32,000 nt of DNA from Neisseria sp. CP9 (lineage in GTDB: Bacteria > Pseudomonadota > Gammaproteobacteria > Burkholderiales > Neisseriaceae): contig NZ_CP180502.1 of NCBI RefSeq assembly GCF_047758525.1, positions 511,357 to 543,356 on the forward strand, read 5' to 3'. The notes beneath the pieces are model-generated. The model ran no database searches and had not been told where the DNA came from. It saw nothing but the letters and a program-made list of their open reading frames with translations. Positions 23,413 to 31,389 of the stretch are shown piece by piece. The translations under genes and the position numbers were made by a program. How positions within the stretch are numbered: the stretch's first letter is position 1; the number at the start of each line of letters is the position of its first letter.

Positions 23413-24924
23413 ATGAAACGGCTCAAACGCATCAAAACCATCCTCCGCACGCTTTACCTCTACCACCTCGCCGAGCTGTTTACCGCGCTTGTCCGTCCAG
23501 GCTGGGCGCGGACGCTGTTGAAAATGCTGCCGCAGTCGTCTGAATACGAAAACGAACCGCCGGCCGTCCGCCTGCGCCTTGCCTTAGAAAGCTTAGGGCC
23601 GATCTTCATCAAGTTCGGACAGGTTCTCTCTACGCGCCCCGATTTGATTCCGCATGATTACGCGGTCGAACTGGCAAAGCTGCAAGACAAAGTCCCGCCG
23701 TTTGACGCGCAGCTTTCACGCTCGCAAATCGAAAAATCGCTGGGGCAATCCATCGAAACGCTGTACGCGGAATTTGAAACCGAACCCGTCGCCAGCGCAT
23801 CCATCGCCCAAGTACACAAAGCCCGCCTGCATTCGGGCGAACAAGTGGCGGTCAAAGTTTTGCGCCCCAACCTTTTGCCCGTTATCGAACAGGATTTGTC
23901 GCTGATGCGCTTCGGCGCGGCTTGGGTCGAGCGTCTGTTTGCCGACGGCAAGCGTTTGAAACCGCGCGAAGTGGTGGCGGAGTTCGACAAATATCTGCAT
24001 GACGAGTTGGATTTAATGCGCGAAGCCGCCAATGCCAGCCAGCTCGGACGCAATTTCCAAAACAGCGATATGCTGATTGTGCCTAAAGTGTTTTACGACT
24101 ACTGCACCAGCGACGTGCTGACCATCGAATGGATGGACGGAACGCCCGTATCGGAAATCGCCAAACTCAAAGCCGACGGCATTGATTTGCACAAACTCGC
24201 CGATTACGGCGTGGAAATCTTCTTCACGCAAGTCTTCCGCGACGGCTTTTTCCATGCCGATATGCACCCCGGCAACATTTTGGTCGCCGCCGACAACCGC
24301 TACATCGCCCTTGATTTCGGCATCGTCGGCACGCTGACCGACTACGACAAACGCTATCTCGCCATCAACTTCCTCGCCTTTTTCAACCGCGACTACCACC
24401 GCGTCGCCACCGCCCACATCGAATCGGGCTGGGTGCCCGCCGACACGCGCGCGGAAGAATTGGAAGCCGCCGTCCGCGCCGTGTGCGAGCCGGTGTTCAA
24501 CAAACCGATTTCGCAAATTTCCTTCGGTTTGGTACTGATGCGTCTGTTTGAAGTCAGTCGCCGCTTCAATGTCGAAATCCAGCCGCAGCTTGTGCTGCTG
24601 CAAAAAACGCTGCTCAACATCGAAGGCTTGGGACGGCAGCTTGATCCCGATTTGGACTTGTGGAAAACCGCCAAACCGTTTTTAGTGAAGTGGATGAACG
24701 AACAGGTCGGTCCCAAAGCCTTTTTGCGCAACCTCAAAAACGAAGCCCCCGACTGGGCGCAAATCATCCCTTCCCTACCGCGCAAAATCAGCGCGCTGGT
24801 TGACGAAAACCGCCAGCAGGAAATGCGCGATGCCTATATCCATTTGGTCAAAGTGCAGCAGCGGCAAAGCATGTGGCTGGGCGTGATTGCGGTTATTTTG
24901 TTTCTGATTTTGCTGTTTGATTAA
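23413..24924 (+). CDS. ubiB: Ubiquinone biosynthesis regulatory kinase-like protein UbiB (ABC1/ADCK family)
   Basis: [35 protein letters not shown] and [11 protein letters not shown] motifs, with a C-terminal TM segment. The start is taken at MKRLKRIK (23413). Confidence 0.9.
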   Translation: MKRLKRIKTILRTLYLYHLAELFTALVRPGWARTLLKMLPQSSEYENEPPAVRLRLALESLGPIFIKFGQVLSTRPDLIPHDYAVELAKLQDKVPPFDAQLSRSQIEKSLGQSIETLYAEFETEPVASASIAQVHKARLHSGEQVAVKVLRPNLLPVIEQDLSLMRFGAAWVERLFADGKRLKPREVVAEFDKYLHDELDLMREAANASQLGRNFQNSDMLIVPKVFYDYCTSDVLTIEWMDGTPVSEIAKLKADGIDLHKLADYGVEIFFTQVFRDGFFHADMHPGNILVAADNRYIALDFGIVGTLTDYDKRYLAINFLAFFNRDYHRVATAHIESGWVPADTRAEELEAAVRAVCEPVFNKPISQISFGLVLMRLFEVSRRFNVEIQPQLVLLQKTLLNIEGLGRQLDPDLDLWKTAKPFLVKWMNEQVGPKAFLRNLKNEAPDWAQIIPSLPRKISALVDENRQQEMRDAYIHLVKVQQRQSMWLGVIAVILFLILLFD

Positions 24925-25039
24925 AAATATATGTACACAAAAGGTCGTCTGAAAACGAAATAGTAGTTTTAGAAAAACTCGCCACCTTTGTTTTTAGACG
25001 ACCTTTTTATTATGAATTTGAATAAAACGTCTGCCACTA

Positions 25040-25139
25040 CCGTAGCGTGGGCTTTGCCCACGAAAATCAAGATATTTTCCCTCTCACACCAAACAAAATT
25101 GACCAACATAATTTCTCGCGGACAAAGCCCACGCTACCT
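25040..25139. repeat. Palindromic (MITE/REP-like) element, copy 1
   Basis: The roughly 27-bp terminal inverted repeats are CCGTAGCGTGGGCTTTGCCCACGAAAA (25040-25066) and TTCTCGCGGACAAAGCCCACGCTACCT (25113-25139). CGTGGGC-TTT-GCCCACG is itself a hairpin. Confidence 0.75.
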
Positions 25140-25251
25140 GTTCCCATCTTCGTCGAGGTCGTCTGAAAACACTGATTACAGCTAAGCAAACCCGATATGT
25201 CCGTTTTCAGACGACCTTTTATTATGAATTTGAATAAAACACCCGCCGCAA

Positions 25252-25351
25252 CCGTAGCGTAGGCTTTGCCCACGAAAATCAGGATACTTTATCCATCGCC
25301 CGAAAACAGAATAGACCGATATGTTTCTCGTGGGCAAAGCCCACACTACTT
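25252..25351. repeat. Palindromic (MITE/REP-like) element, copy 2
   Basis: CCGTAGCGTAGGCTTTGCCCACGAAAA (25252-25278) is inverted relative to TTCTCGTGGGCAAAGCCCACACTAC (around 25325-25349). The central roughly 45 bp differs from copy 1. Confidence 0.75.
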
Positions 25352-25454
25352 TTCCACTCATTATCGAGGTCATCTGAAAACGCCAAACCGTTCCCATCGC
25401 ATGGAAACCGCGTTTTTCAGACGACCTTTACAGTGTTTTAGTCATTCCCCGATA

Positions 25455-25463
25455 TGCTATAAT
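25455..25463 (+). promoter_or_regulatory. Extended -10 promoter element (TGcTATAAT) upstream of ychF
   Basis: TGCTATAAT lies 35 nt upstream of the ATG, and an AGGA RBS sits at 25487-25490. Confidence 0.5.
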
Positions 25464-25497
25464 CCGCCGTTAAACTTTTATCTTTTCAGGAAAAACC

Positions 25498-26589
25498 ATG
25501 AGCTTGAAATGCGGCATCGTCGGCCTGCCCAACGTCGGCAAATCCACCCTCTTTAACGCGCTGACCCAATCGGGCATCGAAGCGGCGAACTATCCCTTCT
25601 GCACCATCGAACCCAACGTCGGCATCGTCGAAGTGCCCGACCCGCGCATGGCGGAGCTGGCGAAAATCGTCAACCCGCAAAAAATGCAGCCCGCCATCGT
25701 CGAGTTCGTCGATATTGCCGGTTTGGTTGCAGGTGCGAGCAAAGGCGAAGGCTTGGGTAACCAGTTCCTCGCCAACATCCGCGAAACCGACGCCATCGTC
25801 AACGTCGTGCGCTGCTTTGACGACGACAACATCGTCCACGTCGCAGGCAAAGTCGATCCGATTGCCGACATCGAAACCATCGGCACCGAATTAGCGCTTG
25901 CCGACCTCGCCAGCGTCGAAAAAGCCATCGTCCGTGAAGAAAAACGCGCCCGCTCAGGCGACAAAGACGCGCAAAAACTGGTCGAACTGTGCAAAAAACT
26001 GCTGCCGCATCTGGACGAAGGCAAACCCGTCCGCTCTTTCGGTTTGGACGCGGAAGAACTCGCCATGCTCAAACCGCTGTTCCTGCTGACCGCCAAGCCC
26101 GCCATGTATGTCGGCAACGTTGCCGAAGACGGTTTTGAAAACAATCCGCACCTCGACCGCCTGAAAGAATTGGCTGAAAAAGAAAACGCGCCGGTTGTGG
26201 CCGTTTGCGCCGCGATGGAAAGCGAAATCGCCGAATTGGAAGACGATGAAAAAGCCGATTTCCTCGCCGAAATGGGCTTGGAAGAACCAGGCTTGAACCG
26301 CCTGATCCGCGCCGGCTACGACCTCTTGGGTCTGCAAACCTACTTCACCGCCGGCGTAAAAGAAGTCCGCGCCTGGACCATCCACAAAGGCGACACCGCC
26401 CCGCAAGCTGCCGGCGTCATCCACACCGACTTCGAACGCGGCTTCATTCGCGCCCAAGTCATTTCCTACGACGACTTTGTCTCGCTCGGCGGCGAAGCCA
26501 AAGCCAAAGAAGCCGGCAAAATGCGCGTAGAAGGCAAGGAATATGTCGTGCAGGACGGCGATGTGATGCACTTCTTGTTCAACGTATAA
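25498..26589 (+). CDS. ychF: Ribosome-binding (redox-regulated) ATPase YchF
   Basis: [19 protein letters not shown]-loop, VDIAGLV motif, and a C-terminal TGS-like domain ([14 protein letters not shown]). Confidence 0.96.
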   Translation: MSLKCGIVGLPNVGKSTLFNALTQSGIEAANYPFCTIEPNVGIVEVPDPRMAELAKIVNPQKMQPAIVEFVDIAGLVAGASKGEGLGNQFLANIRETDAIVNVVRCFDDDNIVHVAGKVDPIADIETIGTELALADLASVEKAIVREEKRARSGDKDAQKLVELCKKLLPHLDEGKPVRSFGLDAEELAMLKPLFLLTAKPAMYVGNVAEDGFENNPHLDRLKELAEKENAPVVAVCAAMESEIAELEDDEKADFLAEMGLEEPGLNRLIRAGYDLLGLQTYFTAGVKEVRAWTIHKGDTAPQAAGVIHTDFERGFIRAQVISYDDFVSLGGEAKAKEAGKMRVEGKEYVVQDGDVMHFLFNV

Positions 26590-26604
26590 ACCAAATGCAA
26601 TAAG

Positions 26605-26641
26605 TTTTCAGACGACCTTCCTAACCGAGGTCGTCTGAAAA
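26605..26641. terminator. Inverted DUS pair after ychF
   Basis: TTTTCAGACGACCT-TCCTAACCG-AGGTCGTCTGAAAA. Confidence 0.6.
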
Positions 26642-26677
26642 CCATCATTCTGTTGTTTCGGACTTAGGAAGTTATCC

Positions 26678-27496
26678 ATGAAAAAATCTATTCTCTATAT
26701 GACATTATTTTTCGCTGCCTCAACTGTCCAAGCACAAACACCGCAACAAATCGTACAGAAGTTTTATCCGAAATATTCGCAAAAATACCAATGTTACCAA
26801 GTCAATGTGAAAGACAATGGTCAATACTGTGTACGTCAAACCAAAAGCGAAACGCGCCAAACTGCTCAAGGCAAACTGATGTACCTGCTGTTTACAGGCA
26901 ACGCATTTAATTTTGAAAAAGGCGTAGCAGACGGTGCGCACGTTCAATCCGGTCTGGCGGGCGTATTTGTTTTGAAACAGACTGGCAACGACTGGAAACT
27001 TCTCGCTGCGCAACCACATGGCTGGGCGGGCTCATTCGGTAATGCGCCTGAAGCAAAGTCTTGGTCGTTCCACGAATTCGGCAAAGACAAATGGGGATTT
27101 CTGACCCTTCATGGCGATGTTCATAATGGTTATGCGGGTTCTGCCTATCAATTGTTTGTTCATGACGGCGCGAAAAAAATCACAAAAAGCAGTATCACGG
27201 CAGAAGCAGAAAATACGGGGGCATTAGGCGACTGCTCGGAAAATTTTTATAAAGGTCGTAAAAACACCGCTGCCGAACGACGTAAATGCTTGAGCGAACT
27301 GTACAACCTTTCTTCTAAAATCAAAATACTAAAAGACGGTAAAACAAGTGCCGGTTTCTACCCGCTTCAATTGACGGTATCTGGTTTTGACGGCTCGAAA
27401 AAATACACCAATAAAGTCTTTATTGCCACCTATAACTCTGCCAAAGGATATTACAGCACCCCAAAAGACTATCCACTGGCAGATAAAGATTTTTAA
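26678..27496 (+). CDS. Hypothetical secreted/periplasmic protein
   Basis: 272-aa ORF with a Sec signal peptide ([20 protein letters not shown]) and a GGAAG RBS. I recognise no family motif. It is bracketed by DUS-pair hairpins. Confidence 0.6.
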   Translation: MKKSILYMTLFFAASTVQAQTPQQIVQKFYPKYSQKYQCYQVNVKDNGQYCVRQTKSETRQTAQGKLMYLLFTGNAFNFEKGVADGAHVQSGLAGVFVLKQTGNDWKLLAAQPHGWAGSFGNAPEAKSWSFHEFGKDKWGFLTLHGDVHNGYAGSAYQLFVHDGAKKITKSSITAEAENTGALGDCSENFYKGRKNTAAERRKCLSELYNLSSKIKILKDGKTSAGFYPLQLTVSGFDGSKKYTNKVFIATYNSAKGYYSTPKDYPLADKDF

Positions 27497-27547
27497 TTTT
27501 TCAGACGACCTCCGATATTTTAAGGTATAGAAAAGGTCGTCTGAAAC
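27496..27547. terminator. Inverted DUS pair after the 26678-27496 ORF
   Basis: TTTTTCAGACGACCT ... AGGTCGTCTGAAA (cores at 27500-27509 and 27536-27545). Confidence 0.55.
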
Positions 27548-27582
27548 ACCGACTATATAACGACTATATAAAAGGAATTTCA

Positions 27583-28881
27583 GTGAAATCAGTTATCCAA
27601 GACCTACAATCGCGCGGCCTTATCGCGCAAACCACCGACATCGAAGCCTTAGACGCTTTGTTGAACGAACAAAAAATTGCCCTCTATTGCGGTTTCGACC
27701 CGACTGCCGACAGCCTGCATATCGGACACTTGCTGCCCGTATTGGCATTGCGTCGTTTCCAACAGGCGGGACATACGCCGATTGCCTTGGTGGGCGGCGC
27801 GACCGGTATGATCGGCGACCCCAGCTTCAAAGCAGTGGAGCGCAGCTTGAATTCCGCCGAAACCGTTGCCGGCTGGGTAGAAAGCATCCGCAACCAACTG
27901 AAACCGTTTTTGAGCTTTGAAGGCGAAAACGCCGCCATTATGGCGAACAACGCCGACTGGTTCGGCAGCATGAACTGCCTCGACTTCCTGCGCGACATCG
28001 GCAAGCATTTCTCCGTCAACGCCATGTTGAACAAAGAATCCGTCAAACAACGTATCGAGCGCGACGATGTGGGCATTTCCTTCACCGAGTTCGCCTATTC
28101 CTTGCTGCAAGGCTACGACTTTGCCGAATTGAACAAGCGTCACGGCGCGGTTTTGGAAATCGGCGGCTCCGACCAATGGGGCAACATCACCGCCGGTATC
28201 GACCTGACCCGCCGTCTGAACCAAAAACAAGTATTCGGCCTGACCCTGCCGCTGGTCACCAAATCCGACGGTACCAAATTCGGCAAAACCGAAGGCGGCG
28301 CGGTATGGCTGAACGCGAAGAAAACTTCTCCGTATCAGTTCTACCAGTTCTGGCTGAAAGTTGCCGATGCCGATGTGTATAAATTCCTGAAATACTTCAC
28401 CTTCCTGTCTATCGAGGAAATCGACGCCATCGAAGCGAAAGACCAAGCCAGCGGCACCAAGCCCGAAGCGCAACGCATCCTCGCCGAAGAAATGACCCGC
28501 CTGATTCACGGCGAAGTCGCCCTGCAAGCCGCGCAGCGCATTTCCGAAAGCCTGTTTGCCGAAGACCAAAGCAGCCTGACCGAAGGCGACTTCGAACAGC
28601 TCGCCCTCGACGGTCTGCCCGCATTTGAAGTTTCAGACGACCTCAACGTCGTTGAAGCCTTAGTCAAAACCGGCTTGGCATCTTCCAACAAAGAAGCGCG
28701 CGGTTTTGTGAACAGCAAAGCGGTATTGCTCAACGGACAAGCCGCCGAATTGAACAACCCGAACCACTCTGCCGAACGCCCCGACGACGCCTACCTGCTG
28801 ACCGACGCACACAAACGCTTCGGCAAATACACCATCGTACGGCGCGGCAAACGCAACCACGCGCTCTTGGTTTGGAAATAA
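27583..28881 (+). CDS. tyrS: Tyrosine--tRNA ligase
   Basis: GTG start preceded by AAGGA. It has the HIGH motif (DSLHIGHL), the KMSKS-type motif (KFGKT) and a C-terminal S4-like domain. Confidence 0.95.
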   Translation: MKSVIQDLQSRGLIAQTTDIEALDALLNEQKIALYCGFDPTADSLHIGHLLPVLALRRFQQAGHTPIALVGGATGMIGDPSFKAVERSLNSAETVAGWVESIRNQLKPFLSFEGENAAIMANNADWFGSMNCLDFLRDIGKHFSVNAMLNKESVKQRIERDDVGISFTEFAYSLLQGYDFAELNKRHGAVLEIGGSDQWGNITAGIDLTRRLNQKQVFGLTLPLVTKSDGTKFGKTEGGAVWLNAKKTSPYQFYQFWLKVADADVYKFLKYFTFLSIEEIDAIEAKDQASGTKPEAQRILAEEMTRLIHGEVALQAAQRISESLFAEDQSSLTEGDFEQLALDGLPAFEVSDDLNVVEALVKTGLASSNKEARGFVNSKAVLLNGQAAELNNPNHSAERPDDAYLLTDAHKRFGKYTIVRRGKRNHALLVWK

Positions 28882-28895
28882 GCCTTAAATAACAG

Positions 28896-28930
28896 AGGTC
28901 GTCTGAAAACCTGTTTCAGACGACCTTTTT
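28896..28930 (+). terminator. Rho-independent terminator built from a DUS pair, after tyrS
   Basis: AGGTCGTCTGAAA-ACCTG-TTTCAGACGACCT followed by TTTT. Confidence 0.8.
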
Positions 28931-28958
28931 CTATCGGTAATGGCATGAATAGCGAATA

Positions 28959-29064
28959 TATAGTGGATTAAATTTAAACCAGTACAGCGTTGCCTCGCCT
29001 TGCCGTACTATTTTACTGTCTGCAGCTTCATCGCCTTGTCCTGATTTAAATTTAATCCACTATA
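28959..29064. mobile_element. Correia repeat-enclosed element (short, 106-bp form)
   Basis: The terminal inverted repeats are TATAGTGGATTAAATTTAAACCAGTAC... and ...CCTGATTTAAATTTAATCCACTATA, with TA ends. They match the Neisseria Correia element consensus as I remember it. Confidence 0.85.
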
Positions 29065-29195
29065 CCATCTGTATTCTCTGAGGTTTAGTCCCATCCTGAT
29101 TTAAGGTTAATCTAGTGCGCCTGCACATATCATGAGTCTTAAATCACGCAACGCTCTATCGATTTGAATTTAATACGCAATAAGAAAGAAATACT

Positions 29196-29753
29196 ATGCC
29201 TGCCCTCTACTCTCTTGTTGATTTGAAAGCCGCCTACCAGCGCAAAGAAAAATTGAAATATCTATACTTCTGGGGACACACGCCAAAACATAAAAATGAG
29301 ATAGATAAAGCCGTCTTCAGCCAATGGTATCCTACGCCCTTTGAAATCGACGGCATCCGCTATGCGACTGCCGAACACTATATGATGGCAGAAAAGGCGA
29401 GGCTGTTCGGCGCAGACGATATCCGCCGCCAAATCATCGCTTCCGCCCATCCCAAACAGGCTAAGGATTTGGGAAGACAAGTCATCGGTTTTAAAAACGA
29501 TATTTGGAATGCCCGCCGCTTCGATATCGTTTGCGAAGGCAACCGTGCCAAATTCATCCAACACCCCGATTTGAAACGCTTTCTGCTTGGCACCGGCAGC
29601 CGCATCCTAGTAGAAGCCAGCCCGGTTGACGCAATCTGGGGAATCGGACTTGCCCAAGATGATCCACGCGCCCAAAATCCATTGCAATGGCGGGGTTTGA
29701 ACCTACTTGGTTTCGCACTAATGAAAGTACGGGATGAACTTCAGGTCGTCTGA
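29196..29753 (+). CDS. NADAR (YbiA/DUF1768) family protein
   Basis: FWGHTP...FSQWYP.PF...YATAEHYMMAEKARLF...EASPVDAIWGIG is the NADAR signature. The stop TGA lies inside a DUS. Confidence 0.8.
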   Translation: MPALYSLVDLKAAYQRKEKLKYLYFWGHTPKHKNEIDKAVFSQWYPTPFEIDGIRYATAEHYMMAEKARLFGADDIRRQIIASAHPKQAKDLGRQVIGFKNDIWNARRFDIVCEGNRAKFIQHPDLKRFLLGTGSRILVEASPVDAIWGIGLAQDDPRAQNPLQWRGLNLLGFALMKVRDELQVV

Positions 29754-29776
29754 AAGCAACTTCAGACGACCCCATA

Positions 29777-29808
29777 AAAAAACGCACCTTATGAAAAGGT
29801 GCGTTTTA
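29777..29808. terminator. Bidirectional Rho-independent terminator between the convergent NADAR gene and ccoP. It is preceded by a DUS pair at 29743-29771.
   Basis: AAAACGCACCTT-ATGA-AAGGTGCGTTTT with A/T runs on both sides. Confidence 0.8.
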
Positions 29809-29819
29809 ATTTCTATGGT

Positions 29820-31184
29820 TTAGAATTTAGCGCCGGATTGGTTGGCCATATAGTCAACCGCTGCTTTGACTTCGTCATCGCTCAGACTTGTGTTACCGCC
29901 TTTGGCAGGCATGGATTTAAAGCCTTCGAGCGCGTGTTTGTGCAGGGTATCTTTACCTTGTTTGATACGCGGAGCCCACTCGTCTTTTTTGCCTATGCCT
30001 GGAGCACCGGGGATGGTACCGCCGTGACACATTTTACAGTTGGCTTCAAAAACGGCTTTACCGTCCACTTTGGCAGAAGAAGCATCTGCTTTTTCTGCCG
30101 GCTTGGCTTCGGCAGGAGCGGCCGCTTTTGCATCAGCTGCTGAAGCTGCTTTTTCAGCTTGTACAGGTGCGGACGCAGATGAAGCGTCAGTGGATGATGC
30201 GGCAGCAGAAGCAGGTGCCGGTGCGGGAGCAGGTTCGGCTTTTTTCACGGGCACTTTGCCGTCTTTATTGGACAGACCCCATACATACGCAGTCATGATG
30301 TGGAGTTTGTCTTTATCCAAGAAACGACCCCAAGCCGGCATTTGACTGTGTCGGCCGTTGGTGATGGTTTCGATAATCGATTTTTGAGTACCGCCCCACA
30401 GCCATACGTTGTCGGTCAGGTTCGGACCCAGTCCTTGGATACCTTGACCTTTGTCGCCGTGACAGGTAAAGCAGTTTGCCGGTGGACCACTGAACAATAC
30501 TTTACCGCGTGCGGCACGTTCTTCATCGTATTGGTCTTTGGATTTAGATAAGGACATGACATAGTTTGCCACATCTTTTACCCGCTCTTCACCCAACGCA
30601 GGACCCCATGCTGCCATCGTCGCCGTACGGCCTTTTTCAATGGTCTCATGGATTTTCTCAGGTTCGCCGCCCCACAACCAATCGTTGTCGGTCAAATTCG
30701 GGAAGCCTTTGGAACCTTTGGCATCAGAACCGTGACATTGGATACAGTAGGTATTGAAGAGGTTTTGACCGATGGCGCGTGCTTCAGGATTTTTTGCCAC
30801 TTGCTCAATCGGCATATTAGCAAACTTGGCATAAACTTTGCCGTACTTCTGGTCTGCTTTAGCCATTTCCTGATCATATTGTCCGTGGCTGCTCCATTTC
30901 CACTGGCCTTCATAATCGCCCAAACCCGGATACATGACCAGATAGCCGATACCGAACAGCCAGACAAAGACATACAGCCAAAACCACCAGCGTGGCAACG
31001 GGTTGTTATATTCTTCGATACCGTCCCATTGATGACCTGTCGTTTTGACTTCTTCGCCCTTTTTAGGACGCTTCACAACGTTTTGGGAAAGCAGCAGCCA
31101 TGCCAAGCCGATAAAGCTGAGCACGACGATGACTGCAATGTATATATTCCAGAAATTACTGGTAAATTGGGGTGATGTGTTCAT
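29820..31184 (-). CDS. ccoP: cbb3-type cytochrome c oxidase subunit CcoP with a third C-terminal haem c domain (tri-haem form)
   Basis: N-terminal TM segment followed by three CxxCH sites (CIQCH, CFTCH, CKMCH). A roughly 60-aa Ala/Pro/Ser-rich linker precedes the third site. GGAG RBS. Confidence 0.9.
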   Translation of the reverse strand: MNTSPQFTSNFWNIYIAVIVVLSFIGLAWLLLSQNVVKRPKKGEEVKTTGHQWDGIEEYNNPLPRWWFWLYVFVWLFGIGYLVMYPGLGDYEGQWKWSSHGQYDQEMAKADQKYGKVYAKFANMPIEQVAKNPEARAIGQNLFNTYCIQCHGSDAKGSKGFPNLTDNDWLWGGEPEKIHETIEKGRTATMAAWGPALGEERVKDVANYVMSLSKSKDQYDEERAARGKVLFSGPPANCFTCHGDKGQGIQGLGPNLTDNVWLWGGTQKSIIETITNGRHSQMPAWGRFLDKDKLHIMTAYVWGLSNKDGKVPVKKAEPAPAPAPASAAASSTDASSASAPVQAEKAASAADAKAAAPAEAKPAEKADASSAKVDGKAVFEANCKMCHGGTIPGAPGIGKKDEWAPRIKQGKDTLHKHALEGFKSMPAKGGNTSLSDDEVKAAVDYMANQSGAKF

Positions 31185-31214
31185 TATTTTGCTCCGTGAT
31201 CACGGACTAAACTG

Positions 31215-31385
31215 TTATCGCCCGTCTTTTTCAGACGACTCTTTATCCTCATCATTTTCGAAAATACTGTTGGCGGCATCATCGTAGTTCTTTTTATTGC
31301 GTCGGTTGAAAACGATATAAAGCACTAAGATAAAGCTGATAAAAACCCAAACAGTAAAGAGCGAGCGTGCCCAGTTTACGTCCAT
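31215..31385 (-). CDS. ccoQ: cbb3 oxidase small subunit CcoQ (56 aa, below the ORF-track cutoff)
   Basis: Hand translation gives MDVNWARSLFTVWVFISFILVLYIVFNRRNKKNYDDAANSIFENDEDKESSEKDGR. It has a single TM helix. The ATG lies 4 nt after the ccoO stop, and the stop lies 30 nt before the ccoP start. Confidence 0.7.
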   Translation of the reverse strand: MDVNWARSLFTVWVFISFILVLYIVFNRRNKKNYDDAANSIFENDEDKESSEKDGR

Positions 31386-31389
31386 GATG

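Larger units (their letters stand above)
24991..25430. repeat. Tandem array (two full units plus the start of a third, period about 210-213 bp) of a DUS-bounded palindromic intergenic element
   Basis: AGACGACCTTTT(T)ATTATGAATTTGAATAAAAC recurs at 24996 and 25209. The DUS-containing unit start recurs again at 25419 and then diverges. Confidence 0.85.

Noticed and set aside
24988-25556. Small ORFs (65, 68, 71 and 96 aa) across the ubiB-ychF repeat array. I also considered whether the array is a CRISPR.
   Set aside because: The ORFs are translations of the palindromic repeats on both strands (peptides such as WALPTK and RGQSPRY recur) and have no RBS. The array is not a CRISPR. It has only about two units, a period of about 211 bp, internally palindromic units bounded by DUS, and no cas genes.
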